A DNA stretch of 64,000 nucleotides, from the IMG/VR virus record IMGVR_UViG_3300028597_000007, one strand, 5' to 3'. The stretch is from a virus. The position numbers and the translations under genes are program-made. This document shows positions 36,127-44,766 of the stretch, piece by piece (within the stretch, counting starts at the first letter, position 1; each line of letters opens with the position of its first letter). Below the pieces are notes generated by a model that searched no databases, was not told where the DNA came from, and saw only the letters and a list, made by a program, of their open reading frames with translations.

Positions 36127-36548
36127 GCAAGAACCTGAGCAAGTACGCAGCACTGCATCGCCTGACCAACGAGCTGAACATCGAAGACCAGTCGAGCGAA
36201 GGCGCCCCGATGAGCGACGATCGCCGTGTCGTGGCTACCGTCGGCGCTGCTGTAATGACCCTGGGCATGGGTATGACCGAACTGGCCACCTCCAACGAAC
36301 TGCCAGAAGAGCAGGTTGGTAAGCTGCTGGAGCTGGCCGGCAATTTGGCCGTGCATACGGCCGTCGGTTTCGACACTCTGGTCGATATCGACAAAACCAG
36401 CATCGGCGTCAGCATCGCTGGCGACATCGCCCAGGATGTTGAAGGTGTTGACATCTTCACCATGGGTCTGCGTGAAGTGTCCAGCTACGTGGCCGAGCGC
36501 CCGAAGCCAATCCCGCTGGCCGAGCAAGCCGTGCCAGCAAGCGAGTAA
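36123..36548 (+). CDS. small acidic helical protein, paralog of 35689-36126
   Basis: RBS AAGGA; KYxxLH motif. Confidence 0.8.
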   Translation: MSKNLSKYAALHRLTNELNIEDQSSEGAPMSDDRRVVATVGAAVMTLGMGMTELATSNELPEEQVGKLLELAGNLAVHTAVGFDTLVDIDKTSIGVSIAGDIAQDVEGVDIFTMGLREVSSYVAERPKPIPLAEQAVPASE

Positions 36549-36551
36549 GTT

Positions 36552-37193
36552 ATGAACCAGGTGATCTATGGAGACGAGGGCGCAATCAACGAGCTGGTGT
36601 ATGGCTCGCGAAGTGACGCCTTGATTACTGAGCTGAAGCAACAGATCAGTATTCAGAACCCAATGCTCACCGAACAAGGTCGACTGCATGCTCAGCACGC
36701 CCACCGGGTATTTGAAGAGGTATCCGGTTGGGATGTTGTCCGCGCTGCTCGTCGAGCAGTTGCAGCAGCAGAAGGCTATGTCCAGAGTAGTCAGATCGCA
36801 CTCTATGAGACGGTTGAGCAATTCCAGATGGCCCCTCCACGCCAACAGCGTTGGATCATGGCTCATCCAGAAACTCGCCGCCTGTTCCAAGACGGGCGCA
36901 TTGACGGCTACTCCGAATCTTACGTCGACATCCAGCCCGACGCCATTGGTCGTGATCATTACGATTACAGCCTGGCTATCCATGGCGTCACTCGTGGTTA
37001 CGAGTTCGTCAAGGAAGATGGTGAGGTTGAACTGATGTATGAGAATACTCAGATCAAGCGTGATCTTGCCAGCTGGGATGAACCCCTGTCGCAGCGTAAC
37101 ATTCTGGACATCGCCAGACTGCACCAAGTCCAAGACGGCTTCTGCAAAGAAGGCGCTGAAGACTTCACCAGTCGATTCGGTGGCACCATCTGA
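36552..37193 (+). CDS. conserved chimallivirus protein (phiKZ gp59-like, nuclear-import-associated Imp3)
   Basis: WIMAHP...IDGYSESY..DY pattern and synteny (recall). Confidence 0.65.
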   Translation: MNQVIYGDEGAINELVYGSRSDALITELKQQISIQNPMLTEQGRLHAQHAHRVFEEVSGWDVVRAARRAVAAAEGYVQSSQIALYETVEQFQMAPPRQQRWIMAHPETRRLFQDGRIDGYSESYVDIQPDAIGRDHYDYSLAIHGVTRGYEFVKEDGEVELMYENTQIKRDLASWDEPLSQRNILDIARLHQVQDGFCKEGAEDFTSRFGGTI

Positions 37194-37200
37194 AGTGAGA

Positions 37201-37253
37201 ATGAGGGCGGCCTTCGGGTCGCCCTCATTTTTATGACGTATCTTTTTTTTTTG
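37201..37253 (+). terminator. intrinsic terminator
   Basis: ATGAGGGCGGCC-TTCG-GGTCGCCCTCAT and T tracts. Confidence 0.85.
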
Positions 37254-37267
37254 TCTCGGAGTAGACC

Positions 37268-37702
37268 ATGCCTACCAATGCCGTTGTGACGTTATCCTCC
37301 GATGGGTGGGTAACAGCGATTGACAAGAAGTGTGACCGCATTCTGATGAACGCGTTCGCCAGTGATTTCTCCCAGTCCAATATGTTTGTCGGACAGATCA
37401 CTTCCATTCAGCACATGATCTATGCCGCGGGCCAGGATGTAAACGGTGCAGGTACCACCATCGCCAACGCATTGGAGCGGCTCTACAATCGCTTCTTCGA
37501 TTCCGCTATCTTTAAGTGCACCGTCACTGCGTGGGGCGATAATAGCGGGAGATATGATTTAGCGATCCAAGGGACAGTGGCCCAAGCCGGTCGGAAGTAT
37601 GACTTCGGTCGCCAACTTTCTTCGGCTAACGGTAAGATTGTCCAGTTCCTAACCAAGACTGGGGAAGTGATATGGTCGAATCAGACGGTGACGGGGCTGT
37701 AA
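37268..37702 (+). CDS. conserved chimallivirus protein (phiKZ gp61-like)
   Basis: RBS GGAG; TLSSDGWV...SDFSQS pattern; synteny. Confidence 0.65.
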   Translation: MPTNAVVTLSSDGWVTAIDKKCDRILMNAFASDFSQSNMFVGQITSIQHMIYAAGQDVNGAGTTIANALERLYNRFFDSAIFKCTVTAWGDNSGRYDLAIQGTVAQAGRKYDFGRQLSSANGKIVQFLTKTGEVIWSNQTVTGL

Positions 37703-38007
37703 AGACTATTAAGGTGGGCGTCATTGCTCACCACCATCCCAACACTACAACTAGCCTCGTGGTCTCTGCGCTAAGGGCAATGGAGAACGTTGAGGTAGTC
37801 GAGTTGGGGGAGAAAGACATCCTCTTTACCGAAGACGGTATCCGGGCCTCCATCAAAGACCTCGTGGATAAGTTCCCCGAGTCGTCACTGCACTGCGGGC
37901 TTGAACTCATCTCGCCGTATGCGGGGATGGGTCGTCGAGGTAAAGGTGAAAAGAAACGAGAGCGTGCGCATCTGCGCAGGTTCTATGGAAGGAGGAATTC
38001 ATTTTGA
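37672..38007 (+). CDS. small protein with an Arg/Lys-rich C-terminus
   Basis: RBS GGGGAAG; fills the gap between core genes. Confidence 0.6.
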   Translation: MVESDGDGAVKTIKVGVIAHHHPNTTTSLVVSALRAMENVEVVELGEKDILFTEDGIRASIKDLVDKFPESSLHCGLELISPYAGMGRRGKGEKKRERAHLRRFYGRRNSF

Positions 38008-38669
38008 ACGACCAAGACTTGCAGAAGCTCAACGAGCATCACAACGCCGTTGCGGCTGAGGCCGATAAGATGCCTGCTGGCCTGCCTTACTCGATGCGAG
38101 AGGCGCTGGCAGAGCTGAAGGTGGGCGAATTGAACTCTCTGGTGCGAGTACCTGAGAGCATCTTCGTACGTGACATCCTCCCAGCGCTGTGCGGTGAACT
38201 CGGCACGCTGGTGGATTTCAAATGGTGGGGGTTCCGCTTCGGTAGTCCGTACAAGGGCTTCCTGATTGTCAAAGACCACAACCAGAGCGAGGTGTTGTTC
38301 GAGGCACCTCCCCTACTTGACCGCAACTTCAAACTACGTCCTGCCCGCTCCCCTAAGGATACGGTGCGTGAGGCGGCGGCCAATTACCAGAACCGCGCCT
38401 ACAGTCGCCCGCACCAGGCCAAGAACGAGTTCAACGACGCCTTGCGTGGTCGCCTGGACTTCTCTGAAACTGGCCAGGCCCTGAAGTTCATGACCATGTT
38501 GGATAAGATCTTCATCCACTACGGAAAACCCTCTATCTTTGAGTCGATCACCGACCCAGCAGTTCTGGAAGCGGTTGGTCACGAAAAGATAGAGAGTCCT
38601 GCAACCGCCGGGACCGTTTCGACAGTCTACGACGAGCAGGCATATTCCGATGATGGACTCTACGATTAA
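38004..38669 (+). CDS. conserved chimallivirus protein (phiKZ gp62-like)
   Basis: TTG after AAGGAGG; VPESIFVRDILP...EAPPL pattern; synteny. Confidence 0.7.
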   Translation: MNDQDLQKLNEHHNAVAAEADKMPAGLPYSMREALAELKVGELNSLVRVPESIFVRDILPALCGELGTLVDFKWWGFRFGSPYKGFLIVKDHNQSEVLFEAPPLLDRNFKLRPARSPKDTVREAAANYQNRAYSRPHQAKNEFNDALRGRLDFSETGQALKFMTMLDKIFIHYGKPSIFESITDPAVLEAVGHEKIESPATAGTVSTVYDEQAYSDDGLYD

Positions 38670-39831
38670 CATCGCCAGTGTCAGCGATGTTCACATGGGG
38701 CACCCCCGCACCCCGACGCAGTTGATCGCTGACAACTTCCGCAAGCACGTCCTGCCGGATAACGCAGTCACTGCCCAGCTGGATGTCCTGAACATCTGTG
38801 GTGATTTCTGGGACCGACTACTGAACTTACCAGAGGAAGAAGTATACATAGCCCGCCAGCTGATCGTGTACATCCTCCTTATCTGTGCCAAGTACGGTAT
38901 CATTCTGCGTGTTCTGGAGGGCACTCCCCGCCATGACCGCAAGCAGTCGAAGATCTTCCAGGAATTGATCGACATTCTCAATCTGGATATCGATTACAAG
39001 TACATGGACGGCTGCCAGATCGAGTACATTGAAAAGCTCGACAAGCATGTCCTGTACATCCAGGATGAGTACGAGACGCCAGAGGTTGCACTGGCAGAGT
39101 TTCGTCGTCTGTTGGCTGAACGTGGCCTGGAGAAAGTTGACTGGGCAGTGATGCATGGTCAGTATGAGTTCCAACTGCCGGACATTGGTAACGCTCGACA
39201 CAAGTGCCATGACTCCCGTGCCTACCTTGCACTGGTGCGGTACTTCATCTTCATTGGCCACGACCACACCCATTCCACATTGGAGCTGCCTGAGTTTAGC
39301 AGCATCATTTGTGCGCACGGTTCTTGTGATCGTTTGGCACATGGCGAGGAAGAGCCTAAAGGCCACGTACGAGCGCGTATCGAGCCCGATGGTAGTAGGA
39401 CACTCACGTTCGTCGAAAACACCGATGCGATGGACTACAGGACCTTAGACGTGGCAGGACTCTCGACCGATGAGGTGATTGTTCTGATCCGTGCACAAGA
39501 GCTGCGCGACGGCAGCCACATTCGTCTTAAGGGTGACATTTTTGACAAGGGGCTGCGGATGATTCGTCATCTGCGTAAAGACTTCCCACAATACCGTCTT
39601 GAGCCTTTCCCGGTCAAAGAGAAGAAGCGAGAAACTGAGCAGGTTGTGCAAATCTCCTCTCGGTATCTCCCCGTGCAGTTCGGCCCATCCAACATCACTT
39701 CGTTGACAATGGATTGGTTGGCGCGCAATGGGTATTCTGAAACGGAGATCAAGGATTGTGAGGATCACTTGAATGAGCAAATCAACGCAGGCACTCGCCA
39801 GCAGGGAGCAAGGGCAGTTCCCGATTTCTAA
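38650..39831 (+). CDS. sbcD: SbcD/Mre11-like metallophosphoesterase nuclease (phiKZ gp65-like)
   Basis: SDVHMG, GDFWD, GTPRHD, HG and GHDH motifs. Confidence 0.9.
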   Translation: MMDSTINIASVSDVHMGHPRTPTQLIADNFRKHVLPDNAVTAQLDVLNICGDFWDRLLNLPEEEVYIARQLIVYILLICAKYGIILRVLEGTPRHDRKQSKIFQELIDILNLDIDYKYMDGCQIEYIEKLDKHVLYIQDEYETPEVALAEFRRLLAERGLEKVDWAVMHGQYEFQLPDIGNARHKCHDSRAYLALVRYFIFIGHDHTHSTLELPEFSSIICAHGSCDRLAHGEEEPKGHVRARIEPDGSRTLTFVENTDAMDYRTLDVAGLSTDEVIVLIRAQELRDGSHIRLKGDIFDKGLRMIRHLRKDFPQYRLEPFPVKEKKRETEQVVQISSRYLPVQFGPSNITSLTMDWLARNGYSETEIKDCEDHLNEQINAGTRQQGARAVPDF

Positions 39832-40636
39832 GGGCACCAGTTACGCAATCGAGTCTCTGGTAAACATGCACCCGGATCGGGAGAAGATCAAGCCCGAACC
39901 GTTGTCGCAGATCGATGTGTTGTTGGTCAACATTCGTACGTTGTACCGCAACATGTTGGGCGGCTTGAAAGCGGCTGTGAAAGAGCAGGTACAGGCAGTG
40001 GACATCCCTGACTTCCTCTTTCAGGAAATGCAGCAGGTGCGTGCCGCGGTAGACAAGATCGGTCATGGCAGGGTGCAGGTGTTCTTCTACCTCTGCACCT
40101 ATCCTGACCTGAAGAAACATTTCCCCAAGGCCAACCTGATTGAACCCACAACGCTCAAGCAGAAGGCTGCCAAGGCAATGGAGGATCAGGTGATCGCTGC
40201 CATGGTGGCGAGTCCTCAACTGTACGGCTATCCAAAGATCTTCGAGTACACCGTGGAGGGTGGTAAGCTTGAGAACGAACGGGTGGCTCTGCTGACCCAC
40301 CTCCCCCTGGACTTGGTAAATCGCTACCAGTTCAAGGAGATGTATTTGCTAGAGAGCAACACTGGCGCATTCAAAAAGCCCAGCGAGTTCAATAGCAAGT
40401 TCAAGGTGAAACCAGAAGGCACGCACCTCCCCTTCTCGGCGTTCACCCTGCAGATCTTTGGCGACGGTGGGAAGATGTTTATGCCCATGGCGTCTGAGAT
40501 TACGAATTCCGTAGCGGAGCTGGCGAGGAAGAATCGCTGGACTCCACTGACCACTGCCGAGAAGATCAGGTACAACCTGGACAACTCGCAGGGCAACAAG
40601 TTTTCAGGTTTCCTGAAGGCATTACTGCGCGAGTAA
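39773..40636 (+). CDS. conserved chimallivirus core protein (phiKZ gp66-like)
   Basis: GQFPISKGTSYAIESL N-terminus; synteny. Confidence 0.7.
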   Translation: MSKSTQALASREQGQFPISKGTSYAIESLVNMHPDREKIKPEPLSQIDVLLVNIRTLYRNMLGGLKAAVKEQVQAVDIPDFLFQEMQQVRAAVDKIGHGRVQVFFYLCTYPDLKKHFPKANLIEPTTLKQKAAKAMEDQVIAAMVASPQLYGYPKIFEYTVEGGKLENERVALLTHLPLDLVNRYQFKEMYLLESNTGAFKKPSEFNSKFKVKPEGTHLPFSAFTLQIFGDGGKMFMPMASEITNSVAELARKNRWTPLTTAEKIRYNLDNSQGNKFSGFLKALLRE

Positions 40637-40700
40637 AACGTAACCGGATCAGGTTATTGTTTGAAGGCCATGACCCCAAATTTTCACTAGGAGCAACACC

Positions 40701-41447
40701 ATGTCTGGTGGCAACGAATCCCGTGTCAACATTCCAACCGCACTGATCGAATTCCGTCTGCGCCTCACCGCCGACAAACTTCCAGAAGGTCGTAAGAACC
40801 CGAACCTGGAAGTCAGCGTCAACAAGAAGAACGAGATCCAGATCAGCTGCAACACCGGTATCTTCGGCGCCGACAATGCCCAGGTGCGCATCGATGGCAA
40901 GCTGGGTCTGCTGGACTTCAACGCCCTGCACACCTACGTGGAGAACATCCACAAGGAAGCCGCCGGCCACAAGTACCCGCTGATCCGTCTGTACGGCCCG
41001 CGCAAGAAGCGCACCCCGCAGGATTCCGGCAAGGGTCTGGACGCAGTGCTGATCGTCGGCAAAGATGCCAACGGCGTGTGCTACATGTCCGTCATGCGCA
41101 AAGATGCCCCGCAGGTCAAGTTCGTGTTCCAGCCAGGCCGTTGGGTTGACCTGGTCGATGCCAACACCCAGCAGCCTCTGCCACTGGCCGACATCTCCAA
41201 CCTGTACTCGCAGGCCTGGGCCAAGACCTTCGCCCCTCTGGTCACCTACGCGCTGAATGTCAAGGTCTACGACTTCCGCGAAGACAACCAGCAAGGTGGC
41301 AACGGCGGCGGTAACAACTACCAGAACAACGGCGGTAGCAACAACAACTACCAGAACAACAACCGCGGCGGTGGTCAGCAACAGCAGCAACAAGCTCCTG
41401 CACCGGCCGGCGACTTCAACGGGTTCGATGACGACATCCCGCTGTAA
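40701..41447 (+). CDS. chmC: ChmC-like nucleus-associated ssDNA/RNA-binding protein (phiKZ gp67-like)
   Basis: Directly upstream of the gp68 and PicA genes; N/Q/G-rich linker; acidic FDDDIPL tail; strong codon bias. Confidence 0.7.
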   Translation: MSGGNESRVNIPTALIEFRLRLTADKLPEGRKNPNLEVSVNKKNEIQISCNTGIFGADNAQVRIDGKLGLLDFNALHTYVENIHKEAAGHKYPLIRLYGPRKKRTPQDSGKGLDAVLIVGKDANGVCYMSVMRKDAPQVKFVFQPGRWVDLVDANTQQPLPLADISNLYSQAWAKTFAPLVTYALNVKVYDFREDNQQGGNGGGNNYQNNGGSNNNYQNNNRGGGQQQQQQAPAPAGDFNGFDDDIPL

Positions 41448-41462
41448 TTGCTTTTGAAAAAA

Positions 41463-41494
41463 ACGGTGGGCCAGGAATGGTCCTCCGTTTATGC
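41463..41494 (+). terminator. imperfect terminator hairpin followed by TTTATGC
   Basis: ACGGTGGGCCA...TGGTCCTCCGT. Confidence 0.55.
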
Positions 41495-41520
41495 TGTCGT
41501 CTAGGAAATGACGATTTTTG

Positions 41521-41542
41521 AAACCTAAATTATCAAGTTGAG
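41521..41542 (+). promoter_or_regulatory. phage promoter motif AAACCTAAATTATC-N4-TGAG
   Basis: Perfect 14-mer; upstream of the gp68-picA-gp70 operon. Confidence 0.8.
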
Positions 41543-41592
41543 ATCCTCCCCAAAAGGAACTCTAGATCGACAACAAAAGGAGTCATCGCTTT

Positions 41593-43116
41593 ATGGAGAT
41601 CCAAATTGAAGGTTACTCTCCAACAGGCGCCTTCAAGCGAGTGGCTACCGTGCATAACGGTGAGTCCATTTCGTGGAACACGCAGACTTATTCCAAGCTG
41701 AAGTTCCACAATGCGGCTGTGATCTTTTCGGAGATCAATGCGCTCTGGGCTACGCTACCCATGGCAGCTCAGGACAAGATCTTCGCGGCGTACAAAGAGG
41801 TCCATCAACACCTCACTGAACCTGAGGATAATAAGCAGCAGGTCGAAAGGCTCATGGTGCTTATCGTTGAGATCTACAAGCACTACACGGCCAAAGATGC
41901 CGAGGATATCGTCAATGGGTTGAACCTGACATATCCAAGCTCGATGGCTGAGACCTACGGCGACAGTGGCGACAACGGGCGTACCCATACCCGTGCCGAC
42001 TACCATCGCCTGGTCCAACTGGCAATCCGGCTGCGCCCCATGTTGCCGGTGTTCGGCCAGTACATTCATACGTTCCTCGACCAACCGGGCTCGCAATACC
42101 GTGAGACCAGTGCGGTCAAGATCCTGAACGATACGGACGTACTGACCATGCCAGCGGTGGAGAAGTTGGTAAGTTTCATGGAGGCAACTCTGAAGAACTT
42201 CCAGCATCAGAACTCCGCCATTCTGGGAGGGAAGCTGGGTACTGCAGAAATGCCTTACTGGCTGGTCGCCAAGGCAATCTTCCGCAGGATCGCACCCGGC
42301 GAAGTACACAGCGTGGACGATGTATCTTCCATCATCACCAACGTGTACAACTTTGTGGTGAAGTCGACCCTCGACTCCATCCCCAGGAACTTTGGTGGCA
42401 CCAAAAACAAAACCCGCACCACAGAAGGTTCGAACAAAGACGAGAACGTTTCCTTGCTGGAAGCGATTCGAATCCGTGAGCAAATCTCTGGCGGGCGTAA
42501 GAAAGTGGTTGACGTGTATTCGCGTAACATCCTGTTCACAGCGCGTCGGGTAGATCCGACCGTGCCTGAGGCCATGGTGGAAGAATGCACCCGACCAGAC
42601 ATCACCAGACTGAACCGTGACGTGCATGAAGTGCAGTCGATCATGGCGCGTTGGGTAATGTCGCGAGGCCAGCCACCGTCGCACTATGACCTGCTCAAGC
42701 GCGAGCCGGTGTTCCGCTTCCTCGGGGCTGCTCAAGCCCTGCTCTGGCACTGGGGCTACCTGGAGCTGGCTGCATTGATGGATGCGGTTCCCCTGCAAGA
42801 CCTGACCATGGCTCCCTCGGCCACGCTGTGGGCACGAGAAGAGCTTAGCAAGGATCGTCTGGAACTGCTACGTGAGCGGTATCCACACGTGTCGCAACTG
42901 ACCCGCGGTAGCCAGAATCCCGATGAGGCTATCAAGGGTGTCGTGGAGAACGCAGAGCTTGCTCGCATGATCCACAGTGAAGAATGGGTCCTGGCAAAAG
43001 ACTCTCGGTTCTACGATCTCGTGAACCACAATGAGCAAGGACATCTGATCCTGTCCCCAGGCTTTAGAAACACCATCGCAGACCTGCAGCTTCAAGTATC
43101 TGCTGGTACGTGGTAA
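41593..43116 (+). CDS. non-virion RNAP fifth, sigma-like subunit (phiKZ gp68-like)
   Basis: 507 aa; TYxRADY..L..LAIRLRPMLPVFG pattern; synteny. Confidence 0.75.
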   Translation: MEIQIEGYSPTGAFKRVATVHNGESISWNTQTYSKLKFHNAAVIFSEINALWATLPMAAQDKIFAAYKEVHQHLTEPEDNKQQVERLMVLIVEIYKHYTAKDAEDIVNGLNLTYPSSMAETYGDSGDNGRTHTRADYHRLVQLAIRLRPMLPVFGQYIHTFLDQPGSQYRETSAVKILNDTDVLTMPAVEKLVSFMEATLKNFQHQNSAILGGKLGTAEMPYWLVAKAIFRRIAPGEVHSVDDVSSIITNVYNFVVKSTLDSIPRNFGGTKNKTRTTEGSNKDENVSLLEAIRIREQISGGRKKVVDVYSRNILFTARRVDPTVPEAMVEECTRPDITRLNRDVHEVQSIMARWVMSRGQPPSHYDLLKREPVFRFLGAAQALLWHWGYLELAALMDAVPLQDLTMAPSATLWAREELSKDRLELLRERYPHVSQLTRGSQNPDEAIKGVVENAELARMIHSEEWVLAKDSRFYDLVNHNEQGHLILSPGFRNTIADLQLQVSAGTW

Positions 43117-43143
43117 GCAATTTCAAATTTAGGAGTTAGGCAT

Positions 43144-44757
43144 ATGAAAACTGGCGTAAAGATTCTGAACATCCTGTTGGCCGAAGCAGTTCCATCGGTA
43201 CAGTTGTTCCACCGTCCGTGGGAAGTGAACTATCGCCCAGAGTACCTGGATGGGCTGATGGAGTCCACCAATGACGGTACCAACCTGTCGCCGGGCGCGA
43301 TCAAGCGCGTGGCTAACCAGATGCTGGTTCCTTCTGCCGCTCATACCGGGGCCGTGCAAATCGCAAACGGCTTCGATACCCAGCGCTTCACCGTGACCTT
43401 CGTCGTTGAAACTGAAAACGTCGGCGGCCGCAAGACTCAGGAGATCCTCTCCGGCTACACCGACCACATGGGCATTGGTGGTACCGATACCAACCCGATC
43501 TACAACCCAGAGATGCGCTTCTTCTTCAACCACATGGGCACGCTGCAAATCACCCAAGGTTCCGGTGCTCTGGGTTACGGCATGTTCACCTTCGGCAACG
43601 CCACCGAGATCCTGACGCCGATGATTGGCTGGGATAACCAGGAGCACGTGCCAGTGGTCAACCGCCAAGCTACCGCCATGCGTCCTCGCGACGTTCTGGC
43701 CAGCATGGGCGAAGGCGCATTCTCCGGCATGGGTATGACCACCGGCCAAAGTCAGCTGAACGGCGCCCCTGTTCTGGCCAACACTGGTTATCAATTCGGT
43801 GCCCGTGCCAAGCGTTCCAGCTTCGACAACACCGACTCGGCCGAATACCTGAGCCGCGTGTTCACTAGCGTGCGCGATGTGAGCCTGTCCAATGAGAGCG
43901 ATGCCCGTACCTACGGCACCTCCCTGCAGCAGGCTGGTGAGAACAACTACACCGCTGAGCCGCTGACCTCCAACTCGGCCATGATGCTGCTCCTACAGCG
44001 CCGTAGCCAGTACCAGTCCGAGTGGTCCGTAACCCTGGGTGAGCTGTGCCAGATTGACCCAACCATCGCTCAGCGTATCCAACCGATCCGCATGAAGCGC
44101 GACTATGTTCACACCATGGCCGCTATGATGGGTAACACCGACGGCTGGGGCGAAACCAGCAATGAGTCCCAAGTGGCTCAGCTGGCTACCATGATCATGC
44201 CGAATGCCATGGCGAAGTTTGCTCTGGGTATGCTGCACTTCATCGCACACACCGACACCCTCGATGGCTCTGTCGACCTGCGCATCATGAACGCAGCTGG
44301 TGTGGCTCAAGGTATCGATCCTAAGCCGATCATCAACATGATCCGTCACCACCTGATCTACGAAGTATATCCGACTCTCACCAAGCAAGGTGCGATTAAG
44401 CTGTACATCGAAGCGAACATCTCGCTGAACCGGATCTCGAACGTGATCGTGTCGGTCAACGGCGGTGAGAAGAAGCCGTTCCCAATCGCGACCTACTGCT
44501 CGGCCCTGTATTCGCCAAACCTTGCACCGAACGTGCAGCGTCTGGAGTCTCTGGCATCCGACCTCAGTGTCGTATCGGCGCAGCTCACTGCGGCGGCAAT
44601 CAACCATGGTCCAGGCATCATCCGTCCAGATGGTGGCCAGTTCCACAATATGAACTACGGTGGGAGCAGCATTGCCGCTACTCCGATCGCTGATCTCAAC
44701 GTTAATCTGTCGGGCCAGGGCGGCGTCCCAGGCACTGGCAATGGTCGTGGCTTCTAA
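43144..44757 (+). CDS. picA: PicA/Imp1 phage-nucleus protein import factor (phiKZ gp69-like)
   Basis: Between the gp68-like and gp70-like genes; IANGFDTQRF, SGYTDHMG and FFFN motifs (recall). Confidence 0.75.
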   Translation: MKTGVKILNILLAEAVPSVQLFHRPWEVNYRPEYLDGLMESTNDGTNLSPGAIKRVANQMLVPSAAHTGAVQIANGFDTQRFTVTFVVETENVGGRKTQEILSGYTDHMGIGGTDTNPIYNPEMRFFFNHMGTLQITQGSGALGYGMFTFGNATEILTPMIGWDNQEHVPVVNRQATAMRPRDVLASMGEGAFSGMGMTTGQSQLNGAPVLANTGYQFGARAKRSSFDNTDSAEYLSRVFTSVRDVSLSNESDARTYGTSLQQAGENNYTAEPLTSNSAMMLLLQRRSQYQSEWSVTLGELCQIDPTIAQRIQPIRMKRDYVHTMAAMMGNTDGWGETSNESQVAQLATMIMPNAMAKFALGMLHFIAHTDTLDGSVDLRIMNAAGVAQGIDPKPIINMIRHHLIYEVYPTLTKQGAIKLYIEANISLNRISNVIVSVNGGEKKPFPIATYCSALYSPNLAPNVQRLESLASDLSVVSAQLTAAAINHGPGIIRPDGGQFHNMNYGGSSIAATPIADLNVNLSGQGGVPGTGNGRGF

Positions 44758-44766
44758 GGGGTAACC

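Noticed and set aside
41280-41400. AAC/CAG/GGC short repeats as a possible repeat array or CRISPR
   Set aside because: They encode the N/Q/G linker of the ChmC-like protein; no repeat-spacer periodicity
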